Origin: Eledone cirrhosa
Lineage: Eukaryota
Length of the DNA stretch: 64,000 nt
Reading direction: 5' to 3'
Assembly: GCA_964016885.1 (NCBI GenBank)
Contig: OZ024742.1
Coordinates: 250,666,001-250,730,000 of the forward strand
Part shown: positions 43,893 through 63,903 of the stretch, in pieces
Layout of the letters: every line of letters begins with the position of its first letter
Numbering within the stretch: position 1 is the first letter of the stretch
The notes under the pieces: generated by a model
Seen by the model: only the letters and a program-made list of their open reading frames with translations
Databases searched by the model: none
What the model was told of the DNA's origin: nothing
Translations under genes and position numbers: made by a program

Positions 43893-44439
43893 GATAAATC
43901 TACCATAAATTTACGGTAGTGTCCAATCCGTATGAAGAACTCAATGTAATCCGGATATCATGAAAAGAGAAGATGCATTCAAAAACTATTTTCGGTGAAA
44001 ATTAACGAAAACAGAGTCAAGATAAATTAATAAAATAATGAATAAACAAAGAAACAGTTCCTTATATTAAAAAAAATTCATCATTTTACGATCGTTTCTA
44101 GGATATATATGTGTTAGAATTGGTATGCATATTCTATAGATCTATGTTTTTAATTTAGTTAACCTATAATTAATATTCTACTACTGATGAACCACATAAT
44201 TTTACTTTCCTTCTTACAACTATCATTTCCTAAAACTGATACCATTAAGTAAACATATATAATGCCTTAACTTCAGGTTATGACTATGTTCCTTGAAATC
44301 TCTATATATTTATTATTTCTCACTAATAAATTTAATTCCCCCCCCCCAATAATTATATGTATATGTAAGTATGTATGTGTGTGTATATATATGTGTATGT
44401 ATGTATATATATATATGTGTGTGTGTATATGTGTATGTG

Positions 44440-44482
<43 letters not shown>

Positions 44483-45365
44483 TTTATATTCTTTTAATTT
44501 CCCCTCATTTTTAACAGCACTATTCAACTGCATCTAACTCTTATTTATCATATCTATATGCATTAGTATAATTTTATCAATATAAATATACCCATCAATT
44601 AAATTAATTCATATTCTTTTCATAGATGTATTTTTTTCACTAACACTCTTATCATAAAATTTTAGTCTCCTTAGATATTTGCATTGGCATTACTGGTTTA
44701 TAACAGCAACTGCTCATATACTTTTTACTGACCTGACCTATTTTCACCCCTAAAATAACTTTCTCATTCTTCACACTCCATTCAAAACTGAAATCTGCCT
44801 TATTCTACCCCTAAAATAAGCTTCAATTACTACTATTTTACCATTTGGCCAATTATTAACTTTCTATTGGTTAATTCTAAACCTCTTACCAAACAGACAG
44901 AATATATTAGATCTTTGTTGGTTTTATTCAATGAACAAATATAATTATTTCTGAGGTCAGCATACGACCTATTTTCATCCCTAAAATAATCTTTCATTCC
45001 TAATATTCTTTTCCATCCAAAACTGAAATCTACCTTCCTCTACCCATAATTTAAGGTTCTTCTACTACTACATTACTATCTTGACCCTCACTATCGCTCT
45101 ATTGGTCAATTCCAAACCTGTTCCCAAACAGACCTATTGTATTGAATCTTTGTTTTTTTCAATAAACAAATATCATTATTTCTGAAGACAGCATATATAT
45201 GTGTAGGTATGTATATTCCCTCTGATAGTTTGTATAAATATTGTACATAGATCTATAGAATATGCATACCAATTCTAACACATATATATCCTAGAAACGA
45301 TCGTAAAATGATGAATTTTTTTAATATAAGGAACTGTTTCTTTGTTTATTCATTCTTTAATTAAT
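43891..45365. mobile_element. TA-embedded Penelope-like element with 110-bp inverted repeats, a ~230-bp tandem duplication and a hammerhead
   Basis: Arms at 44037-44147 and 45245-45354. The duplication covers about 44736-44966 and 44967-45194. Confidence 0.7.
45173..45314 (+). ncRNA. Type I hammerhead with an unusually long (~105-nt) helix II
   Basis: tcattattt-CTGAAGA-[cagcatatatatgtg..ggtatgtatattc ... gaatatgcatacc..cacatatatatccta]-GAA-A-c-gatc-g-T-A-aaatgatga. Helix I is 9 bp. Confidence 0.7.
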
Positions 45366-45413
45366 TTATATATATATATTATATATATTATATATATATA
45401 TATATATTTATTA

Positions 45414-45565
<152 letters not shown>

Positions 45566-45587
45566 ATATATATATATATATATATAT

Positions 45588-45632
<45 letters not shown>

Positions 45633-45838
45633 TATATTTTATATAGTATATATATATATTTATTATATATAGTATATATATATATATATTTATTATATAT
45701 AGTATATATATATATATATTTATTATATATATATTATATATAGTATATATATATATATATTTATTATATATATATATATATATATATATTTATTATATAT
45801 ATATATATATATTTATTATATATATATATATATATATT

Positions 45839-45878
<40 letters not shown>

Positions 45879-46089
45879 TATATATATATTATATATATAT
45901 ATATATATATATTTATTATATATATATTATATATAGTATATATATATATATTTATTATATATATATTATATATATATTTATTATATATATATTATATATA
46001 GTATATATATATATTTATTATATATATATTATATATAGTATATATATATAAAATTTCAGGTTATCAATAATGTAGTGATAATATACACG

Positions 46090-46123
<34 letters not shown>

Positions 46124-46269
46124 ATATATATAAAATTTCAGGTTATCAATAATGTAGTGATAATATACACGTATATATATTATATATATATATATATTAT
46201 ATATATATATATATTATATATATATATATATTATATATATATATATATTATATATATTATATATATATA

Positions 46270-46312
<43 letters not shown>

Positions 46313-46828
46313 ATTATATATATATTATATATATATATATTATATATATTATATATATATTATATATATATATATATATATACGCATGATGGTGAACTAG
46401 CCAGTTTAGAATTCCCTTTTTGGCTTATAATTCTGTGGTAGCCCTGGTTATCTGTTGAGCTCTGCTGACGATTGAAATCCAACCGTGACCATCTCCACTG
46501 AAAGTTTTCATGAAATAGTCTTTAAGACTATACAGAGCATTTGATGTTTTTCCAAATTGAAGGATAGGTATTTTAAACTATATTTTATCATGAGTTAAGG
46601 GTCTATTGATTTTTCCCTGGATTTCATTAAATTCTGTGTATGAATTTGTATCCTGATTCTCTTTTGAGATGAGTTTGAATTATTTTTCCTACATCTTACG
46701 TTAACTATTTTTTCCATCTTGACGACATAGTCGCATATATGTTATAGAATACTATTAGCTTCTCGCTAAAACAATTTCTATACCTTTCATTTATATTATA
46801 TATATATATTATATATATATATATATAT

Positions 46829-46860
<32 letters not shown>

Positions 46861-46921
46861 ATATAGTATATATATAATATATATATTATATATATATATA
46901 ATATATATATATTATATATAT

Positions 46922-47708
46922 AGTTAAAAGAATAGAGGTGTAACACACAAGTTATTATATATTGGTAAACGGAATAGAAAATGCTGACAAATTGTTCACA
47001 GTTGAAAATGGTTTAATTAGGAATAAAAGAGTATTAGTAATTGTATGGGTTAGTATTCAGTTGTGGTTTTAAGTTTTTAAGTTTTTACCGGTTGCGCATT
47101 TCTAAATGCTTTTCAAAAATAATTTTGAGATAGAGTGTCCGTGTTGTTTGCTCTGATCTGATTAGTTTTGGGAATTCTACCTCTTTTTATGTTAAAAAAG
47201 TGGCTCCAGCGCTAGTTTGGTGTTGCAAAAATTTTTGTGGTCAAAACAATTTTGATTGGTCGGTAGAGGTCATGTGAATGTAAAAAATTGATTTTGCGCC
47301 AAGACTGTTTTTATGTTAAAAAAGTGGCTCCAGCGCTACTTGGTGTTTGCAAAAATTCTTGTCGTCAAAACAATTTTGATTGGTCGGTAGAGGTCATGTG
47401 AATAAAAAATTGATTTTGCGCCAAGACTGAGAAATGACTCTTTCACAACAAATATGTGTGTGTGTGTGTGTGTGTAGTAGTAGTAGTAGTAGTAAGGTGT
47501 TCGATGTTGTGATAATGGTTAGCAGGGATGTGTGTCAAATGGCTATTAAGATAAGTGTGTGTGTGGGGGGGGGGCAGTATTTTTTTCCCCCTGGTAAAAT
47601 GGTGTACATTATTCGATTTTTTCAGTAAAATCGGTTTTCTTAATAGAACATCAAAAATCTTAATAAAAGGTGTGAAATGATATTCACTATATATATATAT
47701 GCATATAT

Positions 47709-47764
<56 letters not shown>

Positions 47765-48014
47765 TTTTTTTGTGTTGCACCATAGAGCATGTGTGTTTAC
47801 GTATGTCATTGTGTTTATATGTGGGTAGAGATGTGTTTTGACCACAAGAATTTTTGCAACACCAAACTAGCGCTGGAGCCACTTTTTTAACATAAAAAGA
47901 GGTAGAATTCCCAAAACTAATCAGATCAGAGCAAATAACACGGACACTCTATCTCAAAATTATTTTTGAAAAGCATTTAAAAATGCGCAACCGGTAAAAA
48001 GTTAAAACCACAAC
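46922..48014. mobile_element. TA-embedded element with ~185-bp inverted repeats, a ~123-bp tandem duplication and a variant hammerhead
   Basis: Arms at 47060-47248 and 47834-48014. TTGAAAA-gcatt-taaa-aatgc-GCA-A-ccgg-T-A is at 47966-47996. The duplication covers 47185-47429. Confidence 0.7.
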
Positions 48015-48063
48015 AATATATATATATTATATATATATATTATATATATATATATTATATATA

Positions 48064-48174
<111 letters not shown>

Positions 48175-48184
48175 AATATATATA

Positions 48185-48247
<63 letters not shown>

Positions 48248-48339
48248 ATATTATATATATATATATATATTATATATATATATATATATTATATATATAT
48301 ATATATATTATATATATATATATATATTATATATATATA

Positions 48340-48386
<47 letters not shown>

Positions 48387-48510
48387 ATATTATATATATA
48401 TATATATTATTATATATATATATATTATATATATATATTATATATATATATATATATATATTATATATTATATATATATATATATATTATATATATATAT
48501 ATTATATATA

Positions 48511-48637
<127 letters not shown>

Positions 48638-48639
48638 AT

Positions 48640-53821
<5,182 letters not shown>

Positions 53822-55402
53822 CAAAAATAATGAAGAATAAAAATACAAAATGCATCACTTTTATGCGAGAAGATAAATTCTATCACATGTTTTGAACGAA
53901 ATTAAGAAATTCTGAGTAAACAAAATTCTTGGTTTTCTGGTTTGGAGCATACACAAATAAGCTTTGTAAACCACCCACCCTGAAGTATTATGTTAGGTGA
54001 CAACGTCAGAAGAGCTTGCGGGCAGTAAGAACATTCTTCTTCTTGGCATCTTTTTTAAAAGCTAATATGTGGAGTAAATGAGAAATGAGTGAAAATTACA
54101 TGAATATCTTCACTGGGGAGATCTAAATCAATGACAAAGCTTACCTCATTTAAGTTGCCATTGTAAACGGAATGTTAGCATCATTGGAGCTCAGTATGTT
54201 ATTGTAATTATCACTTCATTTTGACAACACCAAATAGCTCTATGCCATTTTGTGCTAAAGTGCATTAGCGATGTAGATAGTATCACCTCACTTTGCTTAA
54301 CTGTCTATGACTGTTCTAAAATGACTTTATACAAGCTAACGCAATGTGGCTGAAGTTCAACTGATATTTTGTTCTTACGATATTGTGTTTTTATATCTTT
54401 TAATAGGATTCTAGACTCCCTTTGGAACACAAACGATCATTCATGAAAAATACGAACTTGCATGAAAATTTGCGTACATTTGTTTTGGAATTAAAAAGTG
54501 TGATTTTTCATGAGAGAGAGGGGGGGAGAAAATAGGAAAGAAAAAGAGGGTGGACAATGTTTTTGAAAACAATTGTAAGTATGCATTGTGGAACAGACAT
54601 ACAAATACACAGACTTTTGCAAATATTATATAGATAATAGATATATGTATGTGTGTATATATAGTATACACATATGTAGATAACAACTAGATATGTAGAT
54701 AAACATTCTACATTCTTTTGACATATGTAAGAAGGTCGTTAACCATGGGTATATATGAAGTCCCCTCCCTACTAATTTAGGCATATAGACACCCCGCCTA
54801 TAGGTTGTTATCGTCTCTTTTCCTTCACTGGGTCCCCATGTCCTTCCTATTACCCCGTTTCCTTCTAGCTACCACCACGACCAAGTGTTTAATGGGGGAT
54901 ACGTTGTGTGGTACGACAGGTGTGTCGATGTGTTGGTTTTCTGTCATATCTTTGTGCGAAATGTTCAGCCGTGTCTTGCTGAATGTACCTGAGAATTACA
55001 TTTAAGGGTACACATGTCTGTATGTGCAATATTCATCATTGTCAGCCAACGTGTCTTATTGAATATCCCTAAGAAGTATATTGAATCCCTAAGAAGTACA
55101 TTTAAGCGTACACATGGTAAATGTCCCCGAAAATTTACGAATATATATATATACACACACACAACTATATATACACACACACACACACATACACATACAT
55201 ATACACACACACATATACACACACATACATATACACACACACATATATATACACACACCCATATATATATACACACACACATACATACATATATATACAC
55301 ACACACATACATACACATATATACACACACACATACATACACATACATACACACACACACATACATACATACATATATACTCACACACACATACATACAC
55401 AT

Positions 55403-55585
55403 TATTGGCAGTATCAGTAGAGAGTCGGACGCCATGCTTTGACACATAGAGTTACGGCCCTTGCCATTCTGAGTTCAAATCCCGCCGAGGTTAACTTTGC
55501 CTTTCATCCTTACAGGGTCAATAAAATAAAGTACCAGTAATGCACTAGATAATTGCTGGCCTTGTGCCAGAAGTAGAAACAATTA
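55403..55585 (+). mobile_element. tRNA-derived SINE
   Basis: Near full-length match to the 33262 copy. Confidence 0.92.
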
Positions 55586-55665
55586 TATACATGCATGCAT
55601 GCATACATACATACATACATACATACATACATACATACATACATACATACATACATACATACATA

Positions 55666-56247
55666 CATGGTGGCTACCAACTCGTTTTCGAGTACGGCCA
55701 CTACTTTATATCCATGTAGGATAACCCCTCCCGATGCGCTGAACGAGTGTGACTTTTTAGTCCAGTCAGCGACTTGAAAACTCTGGCACAAACACTACAC
55801 TTGTGACAATTACTGACACATAGTGCTGGGCCGATGGTACCATGTGACGACAAGTGCAGAGAGATCTCCAGATATAAAGCAATGCCTGTGCCGTGAAGCT
55901 TTTATAGTGAGCAAAGGCACTGCACAAAGCCAGTCCCACTCTCTTAACCAAGATAATATTTACCAAAACGAAGAACAAGTCAACATCATTGGATACCATC
56001 AGGGTTGCAGGTGTTCTCCTAGAATTCTGCCTTGACAAAGGCTAAGGGGTCATCTCTCCCGGTGATTTTGGATGGCCATTGACTCTTAAGAGCTCCTTTG
56101 CCCTTTGAGAGGTTTTGTTTTTAGTCCTGCAGGATGTCCAAAGTCACCCTCCTCACCAAGAAAACTTGGTGGGGTTGCCAGTTTAGTCGCCAACGACCCG
56201 ACCATGAGACAGGTTGTACTGGGATACATGTTACCAGTAGCACCAAC
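55666..56247 (-). mobile_element. Non-autonomous RTE-derived retroelement in (CATA)n
   Basis: Collinear with 30004-30594. The reverse complement encodes an intact [23 protein letters not shown]2H2 motif. Confidence 0.75.
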
Positions 56248-57311
56248 ATACATACATACATACATACATACATACATACATACATACATACATACATACA
56301 TGTGTACACACAAATGTATAAATCAATATGTGTATATAACAGTTACTGGCAAATTGTGTAAATTAATCTTTAAAAATGTATAAGCAAGATCTCTTAGCTT
56401 ATTAGTAATTTTATTGGTAAAAAAAATGCAAAACATATCGAAAAACTCGATGAAAATTCAATAAAAAAAGAGAGAAAAAGACACGGTGAAATAGATCGAG
56501 AGAGAAAGCGAATTCAGACAATACTTTAATTATTACCAACGTATTCAGGATTTTGTGTAATTGCCGGTCAACAAACAAACAAACTTCGTTTTTATATAGT
56601 ACAAGATGATGGTGATGGTGATGATGGTTCCTTGATTAGTTTTGATGATGAGGATTCAGCTGTTCGATCAAATGTTGAATTAACGTTGAAAGTATCGAAG
56701 GCGGTGGAAAATATAATATGGTATTATGAACTGTCATATGATTTGGCGGGTATGAATTTAAACTGTGTAGTAGAAAATCTAGGTTTGGTGATTTTCTTAG
56801 TGTGGTTAGAGCAAGAAGTATACAAAACTAAATTCGTCAGCTTAACAAATTGTAAGCTAGAAATATTTTATTTCTGTGAATGGGGCGCACATTGTCTAGG
56901 CCGCTAAATACCCATGCACTCATTGTAGGGCTAGCTTAGTGCGATAAATACTCAGATGCACATTATAGAGCTAGCCTAGGTTGCTAAATACCCGAGAACT
57001 GACTTCGTTGATATTTGTTATTTAGGAGACACAACAACAATATATTTAGAGTCAGTCTTCCTCTGTGGTTCTACTTAGTATGAAATAAAGACATATTTGT
57101 TATGATTACGTTCACCATGGTGGGACTGCTCACATAACTAATGCATGAGATCATATATACTATATTTTATTGTGCCAAGGCCCTGAACTCGTGACAGGGA
57201 TGACGTTGTGATATACTGTGTTTTGGGCATTTTTAGAACTACCAATGCCTATCTTTCTCCAAACTTAAACACGGATCATTTCTTCTAAAGAAAGTAAAGG
57301 AGGGGTGGGTT

Positions 57312-57460
57312 GAGTCCAGAACTGGACTGGTACTTTACTTAAAGGCCTAGAAGGGATGAAAAACAAAGTTTATCTTGGCAGGATTTGAACTCAGAGCGCA
57401 GAGAGCCAAAACAAATACCACAAAACATTCTATCTAACGACTCAGCCAATTCACCACCTC
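57312..57460 (-). mobile_element. Old tRNA-derived SINE
   Basis: actggactggtacttta..ggatgaaa..ggatttgaactcag..ccaattcacc, related to the 5411 copy. Confidence 0.7.
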
Positions 57461-58214
57461 CCATGTTGTGTAGACAATGTAAATGTTATACAACAATGTA
57501 GTGTCAAAGTGATGACAATTTGTCGTCATTAAAGGGTTACAATTTCTTACATGAAAACACAGTCATGTGAGGGGAGAGAGAGGGAACGAGGGAGCCCCTA
57601 TGAAATATAGCAAGACTCAATGTTAATTATCATTACTTCAATACCCTCAGGAAGGTTTCTGTGTAAATCTTAATGGAAAATATTGCACCAAATAGGAAGG
57701 GACATAGACAAAAGATAAAAAAGATGTTTGACTTATGGAGTAGAAAGAGAAAGAGGGATGGAGGGAGATGAAGAGAGTGACAGAGAGAGCTGGGGGGTAG
57801 TTGCTTAGATAAGGATTAATGTGTAGGGTTCTGCTCCCCTGATTTGGAATGTTGCTGTTACAACAGAAGATATGCATTCAATGAAAGGTAATCAATCTTG
57901 TGGCTACGACATTTGCAATTTGTACCAAGGAGGGGGGAGACTTTGTTCCTCTTCCATGTGGAACAATTTCTCACTTAGACACAACAACAACATACAAGAC
58001 AACGAAACACACAATACACAACACAACAACACACACATATAACAACATAGAAAAGGAAGACATGAAGAACAGCAAAACAAAACAAAAGGTGACAGAAAAT
58101 AAATTAGAAACGGAGAGAGAGAAAGATATATATATACAGAGAGAGAGAAAAATATATATATATATATACAGAGAGAGAGAGAGAGAGAGAATGACAGAGA
58201 GACTAAATATATCT

Positions 58215-58962
58215 GAGGTGTTTTGTGGTTGTTGTTGGTGGTGACGGTATTGTTATTGTTGCTGGTGTTGTTCTTATTGTTGTTGTTGGTGGTGGTGGTG
58301 GTAGTGGTATTAGTGGTGTGGTGGTGGAGGTGTTGACAATGTTGTTGGTGGTGGTGGATGTGTTGGCAATGTCGTTGTTTCTGGTGGTGGTGTTGGTGGT
58401 GGTGGTGGTGGTGGTGGTGGTGGTGGTGGTGGTGGTAGTGGTGGTGGTGGTAATAGTGGTGTGGTGGTGGAGGTGTTGGCAATGTTGTTGTTTCTGGTGG
58501 TGGTGTTGGTGGTAGTGGTAGTAGTGGTGTGGTGGTGGTGGTGTTGGCAATGTTGTTGTTTCTGGTGGTGGTTTTGGTGGTGGTGGTGGTAGTGGTAGTG
58601 GTGTGGTGGTGGAGGTGTTGGCAATGTTGTTGTTTCTGGTGGTGGTGTTGGTGGTGGTGGTGGTGGTGGTGGTAGTAGTGGTGGAGGTGTTGGCAATGTT
58701 GTTGTTTCTGGTGGTGGTTTTGGTGGTGGTGGTGGTGGTGGTAGTGGTAGTGGTGTGGTGGTGGAGGTGTTGGCAATGTTGTTGTTTCTGGTGGTGGTGT
58801 TGGTGGTAGTAGTGGTGGTAGTAGTGGTGGTGGTGGTAGTGGTGGTGGTGGTGGTAGTGGTGGTGGTGGTGATGGTGGTGGTGGTAGTAGTAGTGGTGGT
58901 GGTGGTAGTGGTGGTGGTGGTGATGGTGGTGGTGGTAGTAGTAGTAGTGGTGGTGGTGGTTG
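58215..58962. repeat. (GGT)n-derived minisatellite with recurring ggtgttggcaatgttgttgtttctggtggt
   Basis: About 7 copies separated by variable (ggt/agt)n. Confidence 0.92.
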
Positions 58963-59079
58963 TGATAATCTACTTAAATTAAGGGGAGACAAATGAGGAA
59001 AGTAAAGAAATAAAAAAATGAAAGAAAAGAAAAAGAAAAACATGGAGAAAAAGAAGAAAAAAGAACTGAATGAATTATG

Positions 59080-59164
59080 TGAGAGAGAAAGTAAGAGAGA
59101 CTGTGTGTGAAAGAGAAAAAAAGAGAGAGAGACTGTGTGAAGGAGAGAGAGAGTGATTGTGTGA

Positions 59165-59200
<36 letters not shown>

Positions 59201-59445
59201 GTGAAGGAGAGAGAGAGAGACTGTGTGAAGGAGAGAGAGAGAGAGAGACTGTGAAGGAGAGAGAGAGAGAGAGAGAGAGACTGTGTGAAGGAGAGAGATA
59301 GAGAGAGAAAGTAAGAGAAACTGTGTGAAAGAGAAAGAGAGAGACTGTGTGAAGGAAAAAGAGAGAGAGAGAGCAAGGGACTGTGTGAGAGAGAAAGTGA
59401 GAAACAGAGAGAGAGTTACTGCCTGTATGAGAGAGAGAGAGAAAA
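59080..59445. repeat. (GA)n array punctuated by ctgtgtgaag
   Basis: About 10 copies. Confidence 0.9.
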
Positions 59446-59625
59446 AGAGAAAGGGAAGGCGTGTATGTGTGAGAGAGAGAATATGTGTGTGTATGTGTGT
59501 GTGTGTACGTGTGTGTGTGGAATGCTGTGTTTGGTGATAGTGGAGAATATAGAGGACAAGACATAATCAGATGAGACAGGGTAATGTGTATGATGGATTG
59601 TAGAACGGAATATACAAACATACAT

Positions 59626-59666
<41 letters not shown>

Positions 59667-59829
59667 GCCGAGAGGGGGGGAGAAAGAGAGAGGGAGAGAA
59701 GGGAGGGGGAAGAAAGAGAGAGGGAGTGAGAGATGCTGTTGGAATGTAAAAGGAGGGAGGGGGCATCAATGACGTACATATTTATGTACATGCATGTCTG
59801 TAGGTGTGTATGTATGTATATATGTGTGA

Positions 59830-60070
<241 letters not shown>

Positions 60071-61292
60071 CGCATGTAAATATAACTTAAGAAAATCTCA
60101 TATATTCTCGGAGATTGATGTAAAAGTTACGTTATAAATACAGTCAACATAAAGATGATGATGACGACGATAGTGACAGTGATGGTAGTGGTGGTGGCAA
60201 CAGCTGTAGTGGTGATGATGATGGTGATGATGATGGCAGTGGTAGTGGTGACGGTGGTGATGGTGATGATGTAATAATGACGATGATGATATCAATAGAA
60301 AATAGGTAGATTGAGGTGTCATGTAATTAACGTGACAGGCAAAAGACGCTGTTAAGTACAGCTTCACCTCAGATGAGATTTAACAACGCACTTAGAATAG
60401 GTTGAAGATGGACATCACACTTAGTGGTGGTTATATTACTCAGTGAGTGACCCATTAGTGGTGTGTTGGTCAGTCTTCGACCCACCCAGTGGTTGTGTGA
60501 TGATCGATCTGTGAATCAATACTCAATGTTGGTCACCAATCACACATCACATATGAAACAATCTTCACTCAATAAAATAACACTATATATAAAATAACAC
60601 TATATATAACACATAACACCAAACACAAAACAGACAAAACATGAAAATGACAGCAGGAACCATGCCAAAGCTGGTACATATGTAAGCAAGTTGTAGCCCT
60701 CGGCCTGTCTAAGAGGGCAGTATTTATGATTAAATACAAACCATGATGACCTATCCAAATTATGCCAGCGAAGAAAAACAGGCGTTAAATAATGATGTTG
60801 ATGGTGGTGGTAATAATGATGATGATGATGATGACTTCCAGAAATAATTCTCTTAACCCTGAATATTTGGTGTTTATGGTGCCAACTGCCAAAGCTACTC
60901 TTCCATTGCAGATTTCAATAACAAACCTCAACCAACAGACCACCAATGAATAAATCTCCATTTTTTTCAAAAGACACATGGCCACCAACACAATTGATGT
61001 TGTAAACACAGATTGCTAAACCTCCAGCAGATACATGGCTAATACTTACAACATTGAAAGAGTCAATTGAACAGCAATCACTGTGGAAATCTTCAATGAT
61101 ATACAGTAATGAAGCAATATAATCCACACCCCACCACACAACCTTAGTAAAATAATGCTATACATAAACACATACACACATACATACACGCCTTCTAGTA
61201 AAATAATGCAATACACATACAAGCCTTCCAGGAAAATAATACTACATACACACAGTAAAATAATGCACCACACACACAAGCCTTCTAGTAAA

Positions 61293-62262
61293 ATAATTGT
61301 TTCTACGTTAGGCACAAGGCCAGCAATTACCCAGTGCATTACTGGTACTTTATTTTATCAACCCCGTTAGGATGAAAGGCAAAGTTAACCTTTGCGGATT
61401 TGAACTCAGAATTGCAAGGGACGTAACTCTATACGTCAAAGCATGGCGTCCGACCCTCTACCAATACTGCCAATCCAGCCTTCAAGTAAAATAATGTTAC
61501 ACACACATACAGAGTAAAATAATTGTTTCTACTCTTGGTACAAGGCCAGCAATTAACCCAGTGCATTACTGGTACTTTATTTTATCCACCCCTTAAGGAT
61601 GAAAGGCAAAGTAAAATAATTGTTTCTACTTTAGGCACAAGGCCAACAATTACCCAGTACATTACTGGTACTTTATTTTATCGACCCCGTAAGGATGAAA
61701 GGCAAAGTTAACTTCGGCGGGATTTGAACTCAGAATGGCAAGGGCCATAACTCTATGCGTCAACGCATGACGTCCGACCCTCTACCGATACTGCCAATCC
61801 AACGCAAAGTAAAATAATGCCACACACACTCCTTCTAAAATAATTGTTTCTACTTTAGGCACAAGGCCAGCAATTATCCAGTTCATTACTGGTACTTTAT
61901 TTTATCGACCCTGTAAGGATGAAAGGCAAAGTCAACCTCGGCGGGATTTGAACTCAGATCGTAAAGGGACGTAACTATGCTGGAAAGCATGGCGTCCGAC
62001 CCTCTACCGATACTGCCAATCCACCGCCTTCTAAAATAATGCTTTCCACATACATATAAATGCATGGTTAAATAATTGTTTGTTTCAACTTTTGGTACAA
62101 GGCCAGCAATTATCCCAGTGCATTACTGGTACTTTATTTTATCAACACCGTAAGGATTAAAGGCAAAGTTAACCTCGGTGGGATTTGAACGCAGACCATA
62201 AAGGGCCGTAACTCTATGCTGCAAAGCATGGTGTCCGACCCTCTACCGATACTGCCAATCCA
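61293..62262 (-). mobile_element. Cluster of five co-oriented SINEs (61293-61480, 61519-61612 truncated, 61616-61800, 61840-62028, 62072-62262)
   Basis: Each matches the reverse complement of the 33262 copy, and each has its own flanking duplication ending in aaataat. Confidence 0.93.
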
Positions 62263-62640
62263 TGTGCATAGTAAAATAATGCACCATATATACACACATT
62301 TATAGTAAAAGAAAATGTACCACATAAACACACGTTATGCATCCTGAGGGTATGAAAAGCAAAGATGGCGTCAACGGGATTCAAACTCAGAATGTAATGA
62401 ACTGTAACTAAATACTGCCAGACATTTTGTATGACACTAACAATTCTGCCCGATCTACTCCAATGCCCTACATCAAAACAAAAACACCCAACACAAAATA
62501 ACCAACAGTATTCACAGAATTTAAATAAGTCAGCAGCAGTGAAACAATATGCTGCTACAAACACACAAACAGACACTCTTGAATTAAATAATACCCAACA
62601 CCACATATTCAGCAGTATTCCTGGATGAAAAGAACTTCGT

Positions 62641-63100
62641 TGCTTTGATCCTTAAACCTATCACCCTCACCCTGCCCCTTTGATCTTTAAATTTATCTCT
62701 ATTACCCTATTCCTCTCGTCCTTAAAGTTACCTCCCTTTCCCTGTCCCTCTGATCCTTAAACTTATCTCATTTCCCTGTCACTTTAATCCTCAGAATTAT
62801 CTTCTTTTCCCCATCCCCTTTATCCTTACACTTATTTCCCTATCCCTTCGATCCTTAAACTTATCTCCCTTTCTCATTCCTTAAACTTTTCTCCATTTTC
62901 CCTGCCCCTTTAATCCTTCAACTTCCCTCCTTTTCTTCTTGTTCCTTTGATCCTTCAAATTCCCTCCCTTTCCTTGTTGCTTTGATCCCTAAATTTATCT
63001 CCCGTTCCCTGTTGCTTGGATCCTTTAAATTATCTCCCTTTCCCCGTTGCTTTGATCCTTAAACTTATCTCCCTTTCCCCAGCTCCTTTGATTCTTAACA
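62641..63100. repeat. Degenerate ~34-bp minisatellite ctttgatccttaaacttatctccctttccctgttg
   Basis: About 13 diverged copies. Confidence 0.85.
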
Positions 63101-63740
63101 CAAATAAAATTAAGATTTTTCATCTGGAGTTGTGCAAACATCTGTACTAAACAAATGCACAGTCTTGCTAGCAGCTAAAACTATTGTTAGAGACTGCCAC
63201 CTCCATCACCGCCACCAATGACAACATCACCGCAACCACCACTACTGCCACCACACCACCATGTTTTTCTTTGTCTATTATTTTCTATTCTAATATTATC
63301 TGCCAATATAAATAAGTAGTTTGATGTTACCAGATCCTGAAAGAATAACCTTGCCTTACCTCATGCATACATACATGTATATGTGTGTGCGTGTATATGT
63401 GTGTGCGTGTGTGTGTGTAGAGAGAGAGAGAATCAACTAAGGAACAGAACATAGAGGAGATTCAATTGAGAAAAGAAATGAGTTGAAATGTTAGTGTATA
63501 TATAAATATATATAAACATGCACACAAATTTATAGACACACGCACACATATTCAGAAATAGATGGCAGTGACTTTGAAGTTTCAGTGTTACCACTTCATC
63601 TCACTTTCATCCAAACAGCTCACTCCAAATCTAATATGCATCTGTTCAGGCTTTGAGGTGACTCTAGGCTCTGTGTTTATAGGTACCCTGCAGCAAGGTG
63701 AATTAAAATCAATTGTTGCATTACTTATAAGTAATTTTCA

Positions 63741-63903
63741 AGGGCAGCGAATTGGCAGAGTCATTAAAACGTTGGATAGAATGCTTTGCAGTGATCATTC
63801 TAGTTCTCTCTGTTCTCTGAGTTCAAATCCTGCTGAAGCCAACTTTGCCTTTCAACATTTTGAAGTCGATAAAAAAAATACGAGTCAAGTACGGGGTTCG
63901 ATT
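63741..63903 (+). mobile_element. Old tRNA-derived SINE
   Basis: ttggcagagtc head, gagttcaaatcc B box and aactttgcctttca..gtcgataaaa body. Confidence 0.8.

Noticed and set aside
57904-59376. 490-aa Pro/His/Thr-rich ORF
   Set aside because: It spans GA and GGT simple repeats and shifts between repeat frames, with no domain signal.
60835-61120. Non-repetitive stretch that could be an exon or transposon fragment
   Set aside because: It has only short frames and no recognisable motif or convincing splice context.
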